DNA of 64,000 nucleotides from assembly GCA_963745035.1 (NCBI GenBank), contig CAVUVW010000014.1:864001-928000 (forward strand). The letters are read 5' to 3'. Source of the stretch: an uncultured delta proteobacterium. Lineage in GTDB: Bacteria > Desulfobacterota > Binatia > UBA9968. Within the stretch, counting starts at the first letter, position 1, and the number at the start of each line of letters is the position of its first letter. The notes beneath the pieces are model-generated. The model did no database searches and was not told where the DNA came from. It saw only the letters and a program-made list of their open reading frames with translations. Shown piece by piece: positions 19,694 to 29,726 of the stretch. Position numbers and translations under genes: made by a program.

Positions 19694-20701
19694 ATGAATG
19701 CTAAAGCATGGGTTGCAAAGGCGGCAAAACAGCCGATGGTGCTCGAAACCGTTGATCTCGGACCGCTCGGGGCCGAGGAGGTTGAAGTCGCTGTCGAACA
19801 CTGCGGTTTGTGTCACTCCGATCTCTCCGTCTTGAACAATGAGTGGGGTATTTCGCAGTACCCCGCGATTCTCGGCCACGAGGTCGTCGGTCATGTCACG
19901 GCCGTAGGTCCGAATGCCAAGGGACTCAAGGTCGGACAGCGCGTCGGCGTCGGCTGGTACTCGGGTAGCTGCATGCATTGTCATCAGTGCATGTCGGGAA
20001 GCCATCACCTTTGCCCGCAAGTGCAACCGACCATCGTCGGTCATCGCGGCGGCTTCGCGACCCACATCCGCTCGCACTGGGCTTGGGCCATCCCGCTGCC
20101 GGAAAGGCTGAACTTCGCCGAAGCCGGGCCGCTCCTGTGCGGGGGCATCACCGTCTTCGCGCCGCTGGCCATGTACGCCAAGCCGACCGACCGGGTAGGC
20201 ATCATCGGCATCGGCGGGCTGGGGCACATGGCCGTGAAGTTCGCCGCCGCGTACGGCTGCGACGTGACAGCGTTCACGTCGAGCGAGAGCAAGTTCGATG
20301 AGGCGAAGGGTTTCGGGGCGAACCACGTCGTCTCGAGCAAAGACTCGGCGGCGATCAGGAAGCTCGGTGGCAGCTTCAACCTCCTGATCAGCACCGTCAA
20401 CGTGAAGCTCGATTGGGATGCGATGATCGGCACGCTCGCGCCGAACGGCCGGCTGCATGTCGTCGGTGCCGTGCTGGAACCGATCCCGGTCGCGGCATTC
20501 TCACTCATCCTGCAGCAGCGTAGCGTCTCGGGTTCGCCGACTGGCTCGCCGGTGGCGATCGCGACGATGCTCGACTTTGCTTCACGACACAATGTCGCGC
20601 CGCAGACCGAGCATTTCCCGATGAGCAACATCAAGGAGGCCTTTGCCAGACTCGAATCAGGCAAGGCCCGTTACCGCATCGTGCTGGACGCGGATTTCTG
20701 A
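19694..20701 (+). CDS. NAD(P)-dependent Zn alcohol dehydrogenase (Ahr/CAD-like)
   Basis: CGLCHSD, GHEVVG, structural Zn Cys cluster, PLLCGGITVF, GIGGLGH. Confidence 0.93.
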   Translation: MNAKAWVAKAAKQPMVLETVDLGPLGAEEVEVAVEHCGLCHSDLSVLNNEWGISQYPAILGHEVVGHVTAVGPNAKGLKVGQRVGVGWYSGSCMHCHQCMSGSHHLCPQVQPTIVGHRGGFATHIRSHWAWAIPLPERLNFAEAGPLLCGGITVFAPLAMYAKPTDRVGIIGIGGLGHMAVKFAAAYGCDVTAFTSSESKFDEAKGFGANHVVSSKDSAAIRKLGGSFNLLISTVNVKLDWDAMIGTLAPNGRLHVVGAVLEPIPVAAFSLILQQRSVSGSPTGSPVAIATMLDFASRHNVAPQTEHFPMSNIKEAFARLESGKARYRIVLDADF

Positions 20702-20775
20702 TTCAGACCAGCGAAATTGCTTCGCTAATGGCGGCGCTCATTTCGGTCGCTGGTAAATGAAAGGAGTTTTCTTCA

Positions 20776-21858
20776 TGACCATAAACGCAACAAACGCCGA
20801 TGAAAGGTCCGAAGAAGTCAAATATGATCGCCGCCGCTTTTTGAGCACTGCCGCGATGAGCATTGCCGCCGCCCAGCTCGGCATGGCCGGCTTTGCGGAC
20901 GCACAATCCAACAAAACAAAATCGGCACACTCGCCCAAGATGAAGCGCGGCATGAATACCTCGTTCGGATCATTGAAGCAGATCGATGCCGGGGTTCTGA
21001 ACATTGGCTATGCCGAATCGGGTCCAAGCGGTGGTCCTCCGGTCATACTTCTTCATGGCTGGCCCTACGACATTCACAGCTTCATCGATGTTGCCCCTCT
21101 GCTGGCTTCGGCGGGTTACAGGGTGATTGTTCCGTATGTGCGCGGCTACGGCACGACGCGCTTTCTGTCGAATGATACGTTACGGAACGGCCAGCCATCG
21201 GCACTTGCTGTCGATATCATCGCCTTCATGGATGCTCTCAAAATCGACAGGGCGATCCTCGCCGGTTTTGACTGGGGGGCGCGGACCGCCAACATCATCG
21301 TGGCGTTGTGGCCGGAGCGCTGCAAGGCGATGGTGTCGGTGAGCGGGTATCTGATCGGCAGTCAGGAAGCCGGCAAGATGCCGCTGCCGCCAAAGAATGA
21401 GCTCCAATGGTGGTACCAATATTATTTTGCCACTGAACGGGGCCGAGCCGGCTACGAAAAACATCGTAACGATTTTGCGAAGCTCATTTGGCAGATCGCT
21501 TCGCCGAAGTGGAGGTTCGATGATGCCACGTTCGAACGCACTGCGGCATCCTTCAACAATCCGGATCACGTCCAGCATCGTGATTCATAACTATCGCTGG
21601 CGGCTCGGACTGGCCGAAGGCGAGTCGAAATACGACGATTTCGAAAAGCGGCTTGCCGCATTTCCGGTGATCACCGTCCCGACGATTACTCTTCAAGGTG
21701 ATGCCGACGGCGCGCCGCGTCCGGACCCCAGCTCTTATGCCAAGAAATTCTCCGGCAAGTATTCGCACCGGACTATCAAGGGCGGTGTCGGCCACAATCT
21801 GCCGCAGGAAGCGCCGCAGGCCTTTGCCAAGGCTGTCATCGATGTCGACCGCTATTGA
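20776..21858 (+). CDS. Tat-exported alpha/beta hydrolase (frameshift near 21575)
   Basis: DRRRFL Tat motif, LLHGWPY, GFDWGAR. C-terminus GHNLPQEAP lies in the next frame. Confidence 0.85.
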
Positions 21859-21928
21859 TCAGTCGTTATGAGGAGCATCGGTATAAAATCTGTCAGCTCA
21901 TCAGAAGGGTTTTCAGAGATCGGCTAGC

Positions 21929-22069
21929 ACCGACGATTTGAAAAAAATGTGCCGGATCAGTAATGCTGATCTGCTGGCGTTCATCAAGGAGTTAGCGACG
22001 AGTCTCGCCGGTTGTTGGAATTGAGCCAACTTCAACGGATCCGGGGCCCAGCCGATTGTCTAAGCCATG
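21929..22069 (+). pseudogene. Fragments of additional Cpo-like hydrolase copies
   Basis: TDDLKKM, NADLLAFIK and a decayed GSG-QPIV-SH. 13 nt (CAGCCGATTGTCT) are identical to the adjacent cpo. Confidence 0.5.
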
Positions 22070-22130
22070 ATCAAGTTCTTCCGCTTCTCACCGAGCCGAT
22101 CGCGCGACTTTTCCGGTGGTTTCGTTCTTC

Positions 22131-22222
22131 TGCCGACGAGTCAGTAAATGCCGAGATTTCGGCAGCCGGTTCGACCGGCAGCTTAGATATTTCAGAAAGT
22201 TATGTTTGGTCCTAGCCTTGCA
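22131..22222 (+). promoter_or_regulatory. Conserved sigma-54 promoter/enhancer block, copy 2
   Basis: Palindrome TGCCGA-GATT-TCGGCA and TGGTCCTAGCCTTGC at 22207-22221. Matches 11644-11736. Confidence 0.65.
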
Positions 22223-22307
22223 GTTATTCGCGCGTAGCAAAAGCATAATTCACGATCGTCGAAACCGAACTAGATAGTCTCAATTTTGTTTATTAAGGAG
22301 AACGCCA

Positions 22308-23145
22308 ATGCCTCACATCACTGTCGGTAAAGAAAATTCCAGCAACATCGACATCTACTACAAGGACTGGGGCAGCGGACAGCCGATTGTCTTCAGTCAT
22401 GGCTGGCCGCTGTCAGGCCGACGACTGGGACACGCAGATGCTGTTCTTCCTCAAGCATGGCTATCGCGTCATAGCCCACGACCGGCGCGGCCATGGCCGC
22501 TCCACCCAGACCGGTGGCGGCCATGACATGGATCATTACGCCGACGACCTAGCGGCGCTGACCGCACATCTCGACCTCAAGGAGGCGGTGCATGTCGGCC
22601 ACTCGACCGGCGGCGGCGAAGTGGTGCACTACCTGGCGCGCCATGGCGAAAAGCGCGTCGCAAAAGCGGTGATCATCGCCGCAGTGCCGCCGCTGATGGT
22701 AAAGACCGCAGCCAATCCGGGTGGGCTGCCCAAGGAGGTGTTTGACGGGCTCCAGGCGCAGCTCGCCGCCAACCGCGCGCAGTTCTACCACGATCTGCCG
22801 GCTGGACCGTTCTATGGTTACAACCGGCCTGGTGCGAAACCTTCTCAGGGCGTGATCTGGAATTGGTGGCGCCAGGGCATGATGGGAGGCGCAAAGGCGC
22901 ACTATGACGGGATCGTTGCCTTCTCCCAGACAGACTTCACCGAAGACTTGAAGAAGATCACCGTGCCCGTCCTGGTGATGCATGGCGATGACGACCAGAT
23001 CGTGCCTTATGCCGATTCGGCACCGCTGTCGGCAAAGTTGCTGAAGAATAGCACACTGAAAACCTACAAGGGTTTTCCGCACGGCATGCCCACGACCGAG
23101 GCCGACACCATTAACGCCGACCTACTGAGCTTCTTGAAGGCGTAA
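22308..23145 (+). CDS. cpo: Non-heme chloroperoxidase / arylesterase (frameshift near 22417)
   Basis: [51 protein letters not shown]. Confidence 0.9.
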
Positions 23146-23317
23146 CGCAGCCCATGGAACGGAAACGAGATGGAGCGCATCCTGTGTTTTGTGGCTCGAT
23201 CGACATGGCCGAGGTGCTTTCCTAATATGTCAAAAACGGTAGGCGCCTCGCCGGCACCGGAGATTATTTCGCTGAGCTTCAATCAATGAACTAAAGACCT
23301 GAAAGGAGAGCAGGACG

Positions 23318-23811
23318 ATGGGACAGAAAGATACAAAGGGAACGCCGACCGATCTCAGCGGCGACGCGGTCGAGGAGATATCGAGCAGCTTACGGCGAAT
23401 GCTTGCCGACGTGTTCGCGCTCTACGTGAAGACGAAGAATTTTCACTGGCACATCAGCGGCCGGCACTTTCGCGATTATCACTTGCTCCTTGATGAGCAG
23501 GCCACGCAAATCTTCGCGATGACGGATACGATCGCCGAACGGGCGCGCAAGATCGCGGCACGACGATTCGTTCGATCGGCGATATCGCGCGCAATCAGCG
23601 GCTCAAAGACAACAATAAAGAAGGCGTGAGCCCGCAGGAAATGATCGCCGAGCTGTGTGAGGACAACCAGCAGCTCACGCGGAGCTTGCGGGCAGTGCAC
23701 GAGGTTTGCGATCGACACAACGACGTCGCGACGGCGAGTTTGATCGAGGTCTGGATCGATGAGAGCGAGCGGCGCACGTGGTTTTTGGCGGAGATCAATC
23801 GCGAACTCTAA
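23318..23811 (+). CDS. dps: Dps DNA-protection protein (frameshift near 23556)
   Basis: KTKNFHWHISG..YHLLLDEQ..IAERARKI. C-terminus DVATASLIEVWIDESERRTWFL lies in the next frame. Confidence 0.9.
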
Positions 23812-23829
23812 TTGAAGGGAGGTGAAGCG

Positions 23830-24501
23830 ATGGCCAGAGTTCTATCGGTCAACGTTGGACGGGCGCGCGAGTTTGATTACAACGGTCGACCGGCCAAAAG
23901 CGCGATTTGGAAATCGCCGGTTGCCGGCCGTATTGCGGCCCGGGGCGTAAATCTTGAGGGAGACGATCAGGCCGATCGTAAAGCGCACGGGGGGCCGGAT
24001 AAATCAGTGTATGCCTACTCCATAGAAGATCTGCGGTGGTGGCAAGAGAAACTCGGCCGATCGCTTCAATACGGCGTGTTTGGGGAAAACCTCACGACGG
24101 AAGGAATTATGGTGAACGACGCGCTCGTTGGCGAGCGTTGGGAGATCGGCACGGCCGTATTTGAAGTATCCGAACCGCGTATCCCTTGCTGGAGGCTGGG
24201 CTTTCGGATGAACGATCAGGGGTTTGTACGTCGTTTTACCGAGGCGCTGCGACCCGGGACGTACCTGCGCATCGTCGTTGAGGGCGCCGTCGGCGCTGGA
24301 GATGAGATCAGAATCATCGAACGGCCCGATCACGATCTCACGGTTCGAGACATATTTCGAATTTACACTCGAGATCGAGAAGAGGTTGAGCGATTGCTCG
24401 CCGTTCCTCGCATCTCGGAGAGCTGGCGGGGATGGGCGCAACATTTTCTCGAGGAAACGAAAGCTCGGCGCGCAGGCTCGGCTGCTCCTGGATGTTGCTG
24501 A
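23830..24501 (+). CDS. MOSC domain protein (YiiM-like)
   Basis: GDDQADRKAHGGPDK, FGENL, VSEPRIPCWRL, PGTYLRIV. Confidence 0.92.
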   Translation: MARVLSVNVGRAREFDYNGRPAKSAIWKSPVAGRIAARGVNLEGDDQADRKAHGGPDKSVYAYSIEDLRWWQEKLGRSLQYGVFGENLTTEGIMVNDALVGERWEIGTAVFEVSEPRIPCWRLGFRMNDQGFVRRFTEALRPGTYLRIVVEGAVGAGDEIRIIERPDHDLTVRDIFRIYTRDREEVERLLAVPRISESWRGWAQHFLEETKARRAGSAAPGCC

Positions 24502-24681
24502 TCTCCAAGCCCTGCACGCGTGACACGCAGCTTTGATCGGCGACTTTAACGATGGCGCGATCGCTAGTCTGATCGTGATTCTTGGCGGAGACCCTACACA
24601 ATATTTAAGAGGCACAGACAATTAATTTGTTTTTTGACCGGTGACTATTAACGTCGCCGCCTAACAAAAAAGGAGGATTTT

Positions 24682-25383
24682 ATGGCTATCTTCGAACCGG
24701 ACGGCAAGAACGCAATTCACGATGGAGTCGAACACGAACCCGGTGGAGGCAAGGGTTTGCTCGACCCCACGGATGCAGTCTTGTTGTTACTCGATCACCA
24801 AGCGGGGCTGTTTCAATCGGTGAAAGACATCAGCGTAGCTGAATTGCGGGCCAACACCACCATGCTGGCGAAGCTCGCGACTCTGATGAAACTGCCGGTC
24901 ATCACGACCGCCTCGGAGCCGAACGGACCCAACGGTCCGCTCATGCCGGAGATTCACGAGTCAGCGCCGCACGCGGTCTTTGTGCCGCGCAAGGGAGAAG
25001 TCAATGCATGGGACAATCAACTTTTCGTCAAAACCGTGCGGGAAACCGGTAAAAAGACTTTGATCATGGCCGGTGTCTGGACGAGCGTCTGCGTCATGTT
25101 TCCGGCGCTCGATGCGAAAGCGGCAGGCTTCAAAGTGTACGCCGTCATGGATGCGTCAGGCGACCCGAGCGAGATGGCATCGAGAACAACACTCGCGCGT
25201 TTCATACAAGCCGGCGTCATCCCCACCTCGGCCAACGCGGTCCTGTGCGAAATTCACCGCACGTGGAACCGCCCCGAAGCCGCCGAGCTGGCCAAGCTGT
25301 ATACGATGGTGGCGCCGAATTACCAGGCTCTCATAGAGAGCTATCAAAAGGCGCAAGACGTGATCAAGCAGCAGAATAAGTAA
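24682..25383 (+). CDS. Isochorismatase family hydrolase (YcaC-like)
   Basis: LLDHQAGLF, GPNGPL, RKGEVNAWDN, AGVWTSVCV. Confidence 0.9.
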   Translation: MAIFEPDGKNAIHDGVEHEPGGGKGLLDPTDAVLLLLDHQAGLFQSVKDISVAELRANTTMLAKLATLMKLPVITTASEPNGPNGPLMPEIHESAPHAVFVPRKGEVNAWDNQLFVKTVRETGKKTLIMAGVWTSVCVMFPALDAKAAGFKVYAVMDASGDPSEMASRTTLARFIQAGVIPTSANAVLCEIHRTWNRPEAAELAKLYTMVAPNYQALIESYQKAQDVIKQQNK

Positions 25384-25560
25384 AAGCGATGGTCGCCAGT
25401 TATAGCCTGTAAACGCGAGATGCCGGGCGGAGCACATGCGCCAGCACGAGCGGTCACGGTGGCGGCTCACGAGGCCGAAGAAATGGCACGAGGCTTTCAC
25501 ATCGGTGATCGACCACGAGTTGTCGCGCATTTTATTTCCGCCGGCGAGTAAGGAGGCAAG

Positions 25561-26263
25561 ATGATTACCGTGCGCCATGGCGATGAAAGGGGACGTACGA
25601 GATTCAACTGGCTCGACAGCCGCCACACGTTTTCCTTCGGCGATTACCGCGATCCACAGCACATGGGCTTCAGCGATCTTAGAGTTATCAATGAAGATCG
25701 AGTCACACCGGGCGCGGGATTTCCGACCCATTCGCATAGCGACATGGAAATCATCACCTATGTTCTGGAAGGCACGCTTGCGCACAAGGACAGCACGGGT
25801 ACGAGCTCGGTGATTCGCGTCGGAGACGTCCAACGCATGAGCGCCGGAACAGGCATCAGCCACAGCGAATACAACGCGTCACCAACCGAGCCGGTGCATT
25901 TTCTGCAGATCTGGATCTTGCCCAACCAATCGGGATTGAAGCCAGGGTATGAACAACGCTCATTTGATTTAGAGAAGAATAGCGGAAGCTGGGTTCTTGT
26001 CGCAGCGCCGGATGCTCGCGATGGAGCAGTCAAGGTCCATCAGGATGCCGAGCTATCGCTTGCCGTTCTGCCTGAAGGTCAGACCCTTAGTTATTCTTTA
26101 AAGCCGCGGCCGGGCCGCCTGGCTGCAGGTCGCGCGCGGAAGTGTGACTCTGAATGGAACAGCGCTGCGCGCTGGCGATGGCGCCGCGATCTATCAAGAA
26201 AGCATGTTGGAGGTGAAAGCTGTCGAACGCGCTGAGGTTCTTGTGTTCGATTTGGCTGCCTAG
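25561..26263 (+). CDS. Pirin family protein (YhhW-like; frameshift near 26107)
   Basis: [36 protein letters not shown]. Tail WLQVARG...VLVFDLAA* is in the shifted frame. Confidence 0.9.
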
Positions 26264-26673
26264 ATGACAGTGATAAGGATAGCGCTGCTCACTCCAGACC
26301 CCAAACATAGATGTGGATGGCGCAGATAAGAAGGTGACTGTTGTCAAAGAGTCACGCATTGTTCGCAATGCCAAAGGAAAGTCGACCGACGGTTCGGTGG
26401 CCGCTCTAAGTGAGGCGCTCGGAGATCTGAGTCGGGGAATTGCTGACGCTGTTAGCGCGATCGACGAGAGGAAATAGGAGGAGCGAAAGAAGTGTTTTGG
26501 TGCCGTGCTCGGCAGTATCGTCGGTGTCCTGTCGGCTACCAGACACGAACACGACTCGTAAAAGCATGGGCTACAGGAGACTTTTACATCGCTCCAACGA
26601 GGATCTCCTGGCGGTCGCCGGCTCGTTATGGGTGGTGTCGGAATTTTGACGGCAGAACAGATCGGAGGAACAT

Positions 26674-26948
26674 ATGGCAACGCATGTGAGCATTTGAAAG
26701 ATTTAGCGGCGAAAGATTTTCCCCCGCAGAAAACTCCGAACGCCTGTGAGGAGTGCTTGAGCGAGGGGACGGTATGGGTGGCGCTGCGCGAATGCCAAGC
26801 GTGCGGCCACGTGGGTTGCTGCGACTCTTCGACTGGCAAGCATGCAACCAAACACTTTCACGCGACGCAGCATCCGGTCATGCGCGCGGTGCCGCCGGCG
26901 GCTTGGACTTGGTGCTATGTTCATGAGGCGCAGTCCAGTCTCGGCTGA
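26674..26948 (+). CDS. UBP-type zinc finger protein (probable 1-nt indel just after the start)
   Basis: CEEC...LRECQACGHVGCCDSS..KHATKHF...HP..WTWCYVHE. RBS-ATG at 26674 is out of frame by one base. Confidence 0.88.
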
Positions 26949-26996
26949 GCTGGATTGCGCTGCATTGTCCCGCGTAATATTTCTCGGAGAGCGATT

Positions 26997-27204
26997 TTGG
27001 ACGAAACGATCCAGTTTCTGATCCGGCACGGCTACGCGCTGCTGTTCGACTGGGTGCTGATCGAGCAGATGGGCTTGCCGATACCGGCGGTGCCGCTGCT
27101 GCTCGCGGCGGGCGGTCGCGGGCGGCATCGACGGCTGGCTGGAAAATAAGTGTCCGTTCGAAGTGCTGACACCCTCAAGTCATCCGCCTCCGCTGCCTCT
27201 GTGA
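26997..27204 (+). pseudogene. Internally deleted DedA(VTT)-rhodanese fusion gene
   Basis: HGYALLF.WVLIEQMGLPIPAVPLLLAAG joined out of frame to the rhodanese-like end AGGIDGWLENKCPFE. Confidence 0.7.
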
Positions 27205-27253
27205 CGGGCGCGGACGAGGGGCGGTGGAAGCAGCAAGAGCGAAAGGGAAACGT

Positions 27254-28171
27254 ATGAGTTGGCAATCTGCCGAAGAGCCGGAAACCAAAACGCCGTCCGG
27301 CTGTAAGGCTCTCGATAGAGTGATCGTGCCGCGCCCGCGCGACCTTGGCGGCTTCGAGGTCAGGCGCGTGCTGCCGGCTCTCGAGCGGCGCAGCGTCGGG
27401 CCGTTTGTTTTCTTCGATCAGATGGGGCCCGCGGATTTCGAGTCGGGCAGGGGTATCGACGTGCGGCCCCATCCGCACATCGGTCTCGCCACCGTCACGT
27501 ATCTTTTCGCCGGGACGATCATCCATCGCGACAGTCTCGGCACGATGCAAGCCATCGAGCCCGGCGAAGTGAACTGGATGACCGCGGGGCGCGGCATCGT
27601 CCACTCGGAGCGCTCGGACGCCGAGCTCCGAAAGCAGCGCCAAAAGCTCTACGGCATACAGATCTGGGTGGCTCTGCCCAAGCGGCACGAGGAGACAGCC
27701 CCTAATTTCGCCCATTATGACGCCGGGTCGTTGCCCCGGCTCGAAGGCGAAGGAAAGTCGGTGCGCGTCATCGCCGGCTCGCTGTTCGGCAAAACCTCGC
27801 CGGTCAAAGCTTTCTCGGAGCTGTTCTACGCCGACGCCGCGGCGCAGGCCGGAGCCGACCTCGTGCTCGCGGGCGAGCACGAGGAACGCGCGCTCTACCT
27901 TTTGGAAGGAGCGGTGGAAATCGCCGGCGAGCGCTTCGAAGCCGGGCGGCTTCTGGTTTTTTCCGCGGGCGACGAAGTGGTCGTCCGTGCGCTCTCCGCC
28001 GCTCGGCTTCTGCTTTTCGGCGGCGAGTCGCTCGACGGCCCGCGCCATGTCTGGTGGAACTTCGTTTCCAGCTCACGCGAGCGCATCGAGGCGGCAAAGG
28101 CCGACTGGAAAGAGGGTAGGTTCGCTGCCGTGCCTGGCGACGGCGAATTCATTCCCCTGCCGGAGAAGTAG
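27254..28171 (+). CDS. Pirin family protein
   Basis: [50 protein letters not shown]. Confidence 0.95.
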   Translation: MSWQSAEEPETKTPSGCKALDRVIVPRPRDLGGFEVRRVLPALERRSVGPFVFFDQMGPADFESGRGIDVRPHPHIGLATVTYLFAGTIIHRDSLGTMQAIEPGEVNWMTAGRGIVHSERSDAELRKQRQKLYGIQIWVALPKRHEETAPNFAHYDAGSLPRLEGEGKSVRVIAGSLFGKTSPVKAFSELFYADAAAQAGADLVLAGEHEERALYLLEGAVEIAGERFEAGRLLVFSAGDEVVVRALSAARLLLFGGESLDGPRHVWWNFVSSSRERIEAAKADWKEGRFAAVPGDGEFIPLPEK

Positions 28172-28266
28172 GCTCCAGCGCCATACCGCTAATCGAAATT
28201 TTCCCAGCGGGGGTGAAAGCGGCGTAATTCTCCGCCATACTAAGATTGAGCGCTTAAAAATTTCGC

Positions 28267-28896
28267 ATGGCACAAAGCAGTCTGGGCCGTGACAGTTTGC
28301 GGCACGCGCCGGACCGAGCCGAGACGGCGCTTTTGCTTATCGATGTGATCAACCCGCTCGATTTCGCGGGTGGCGACAATCTGCTGCGACAAGCTCTGCC
28401 GATGGCCCATGCTTTGGCGTCGTTCAAGCGCCGCGCCAAGGCCGCGCGCGTTCCGGCGATTTATGTGAACGACAACTTCGGCCGCTGGCGCTCGGACTTT
28501 CCCAAATTGGTCGAACAATTTCTGCGGCCGGAAGTGCGCGGCAGATCGATCGTAGAGCTTTTGATTCCCGAAGACGATGACTACTTCGTTTTGAAGCCCA
28601 AGCATTCGGCGTTTTTTCAGACCAACCTGGATATCCTGCTCAGATACCTCGGCGTAAGCAGCCTGATTCTGACCGGTATAGCGGGCGATATCTGCGTGCT
28701 CTTCAGCGCCAACGATGCCTACATGCGCGATTTTAAGATCATCGTGCCGTCCGATTGCACGGCTTCGGAGGACGCCGAACACAACCGTCAAGTATTGATG
28801 CTGATGCAGCGCGTACTCAAAGCGCGGATTCTTTCCTCCTCCAAGATTCAATTCGAAAGCGCCACGGCGCAAGCGCGGACCGAGATGGACGATTGA
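28267..28896 (+). CDS. Isochorismatase family cysteine hydrolase
   Basis: ALLLIDVIN, YVNDNFG, LKPKHSAFF, TGIAGDICVLFSANDAYMRD. Confidence 0.92.
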   Translation: MAQSSLGRDSLRHAPDRAETALLLIDVINPLDFAGGDNLLRQALPMAHALASFKRRAKAARVPAIYVNDNFGRWRSDFPKLVEQFLRPEVRGRSIVELLIPEDDDYFVLKPKHSAFFQTNLDILLRYLGVSSLILTGIAGDICVLFSANDAYMRDFKIIVPSDCTASEDAEHNRQVLMLMQRVLKARILSSSKIQFESATAQARTEMDD

Positions 28897-29068
28897 GCGG
28901 CCGGCGCAGAGATGGAGAGAATGACTGCGAATCGCACCCATAGGTCGATTCCTCGCGCGAGAAGATGTTTGAACGCGCGCGAGCGCGACTGAAACAGCTG
29001 GGACTTTGACTGCGCAGGCGATTTCACTTAATTTATGAGTTCGTCCCTGGAACCCCGGAGAAGATAGG

Positions 29069-29626
29069 ATGCCATTCGACACCGACGGTATGGACGGCGC
29101 GCTTTCGCTCAGCCAGCTCATTGAAGTTCTGAAAGAGGCAGCGGGCAATCTGGAGCCGGCGGGCATGGAGGCCATTCTTCAGCGGCTGGTTATCCCGGCG
29201 GCTGAGATTCAACAGCACACGCGCTTTTCCGATTTGACATACGCCCGCAATCTGGTTCATAAGTCCGACCGCTTCGAAGTCATGGTGATGTGCTGGCATG
29301 CAGGCCAGCGCTCGTCGATCCACGATCACGCGGGATCATTGGGCGGCTTGAAAGTCTTGCAGGGCGAGCTCACCGAATCGCTGTTCGGCAAGGCGCCCAA
29401 CGGCATGATCAAGTCCCTGACGTCTGCAGACTACGGGGCGGGTGCCATTCGCGTCGAGGAGACTTCGTTAATTCACCAACTCTCCAATCTCCAGAGTGAC
29501 AGTGGCAAATCGGTTTCGCTGCACGTCTACGTTCCGCCGCTGACGCGCATGAACGTGTATTCGCTCGAAGACCCCTCGGTGAGACACATCCTGCCGCGAT
29601 ATTTCAACTCGGGAGCGGGAATCTAG
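29069..29626 (+). CDS. Cysteine dioxygenase family protein
   Basis: YARNL, CW..GQRSSIHDHAGS, IHQL, SLHVYVPP. Confidence 0.9.
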   Translation: MPFDTDGMDGALSLSQLIEVLKEAAGNLEPAGMEAILQRLVIPAAEIQQHTRFSDLTYARNLVHKSDRFEVMVMCWHAGQRSSIHDHAGSLGGLKVLQGELTESLFGKAPNGMIKSLTSADYGAGAIRVEETSLIHQLSNLQSDSGKSVSLHVYVPPLTRMNVYSLEDPSVRHILPRYFNSGAGI

Positions 29627-29662
29627 CAGCACCTCCGTCACCTAAATACGACTTTAAGCCTA

Positions 29663-29690
29663 TCAATGATGGCTAATATTCCATCATTGA
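29663..29690. promoter_or_regulatory. Perfect 10-bp inverted repeat (possible operator)
   Basis: TCAATGATGG-N8-CCATCATTGA in the AT-rich region before the response regulator. Confidence 0.45.
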
Positions 29691-29726
29691 CCGCAATAAT
29701 ACTTCGATAGTAGTATCTGACGTCTC

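Noticed and set aside
22400-23570. Programmed ribosomal frameshifting in cpo or dps
   Set aside because: No slippery heptamers or stimulatory structures, and these families are not known to be recoded; sequencing error is simpler.
25388-25552. Possible gene remnant between the YcaC-like gene and pirin
   Set aside because: No family could be recognised.
26280-26640. Possible decayed membrane-protein gene
   Set aside because: Short hydrophobic patch only; cannot be assigned.
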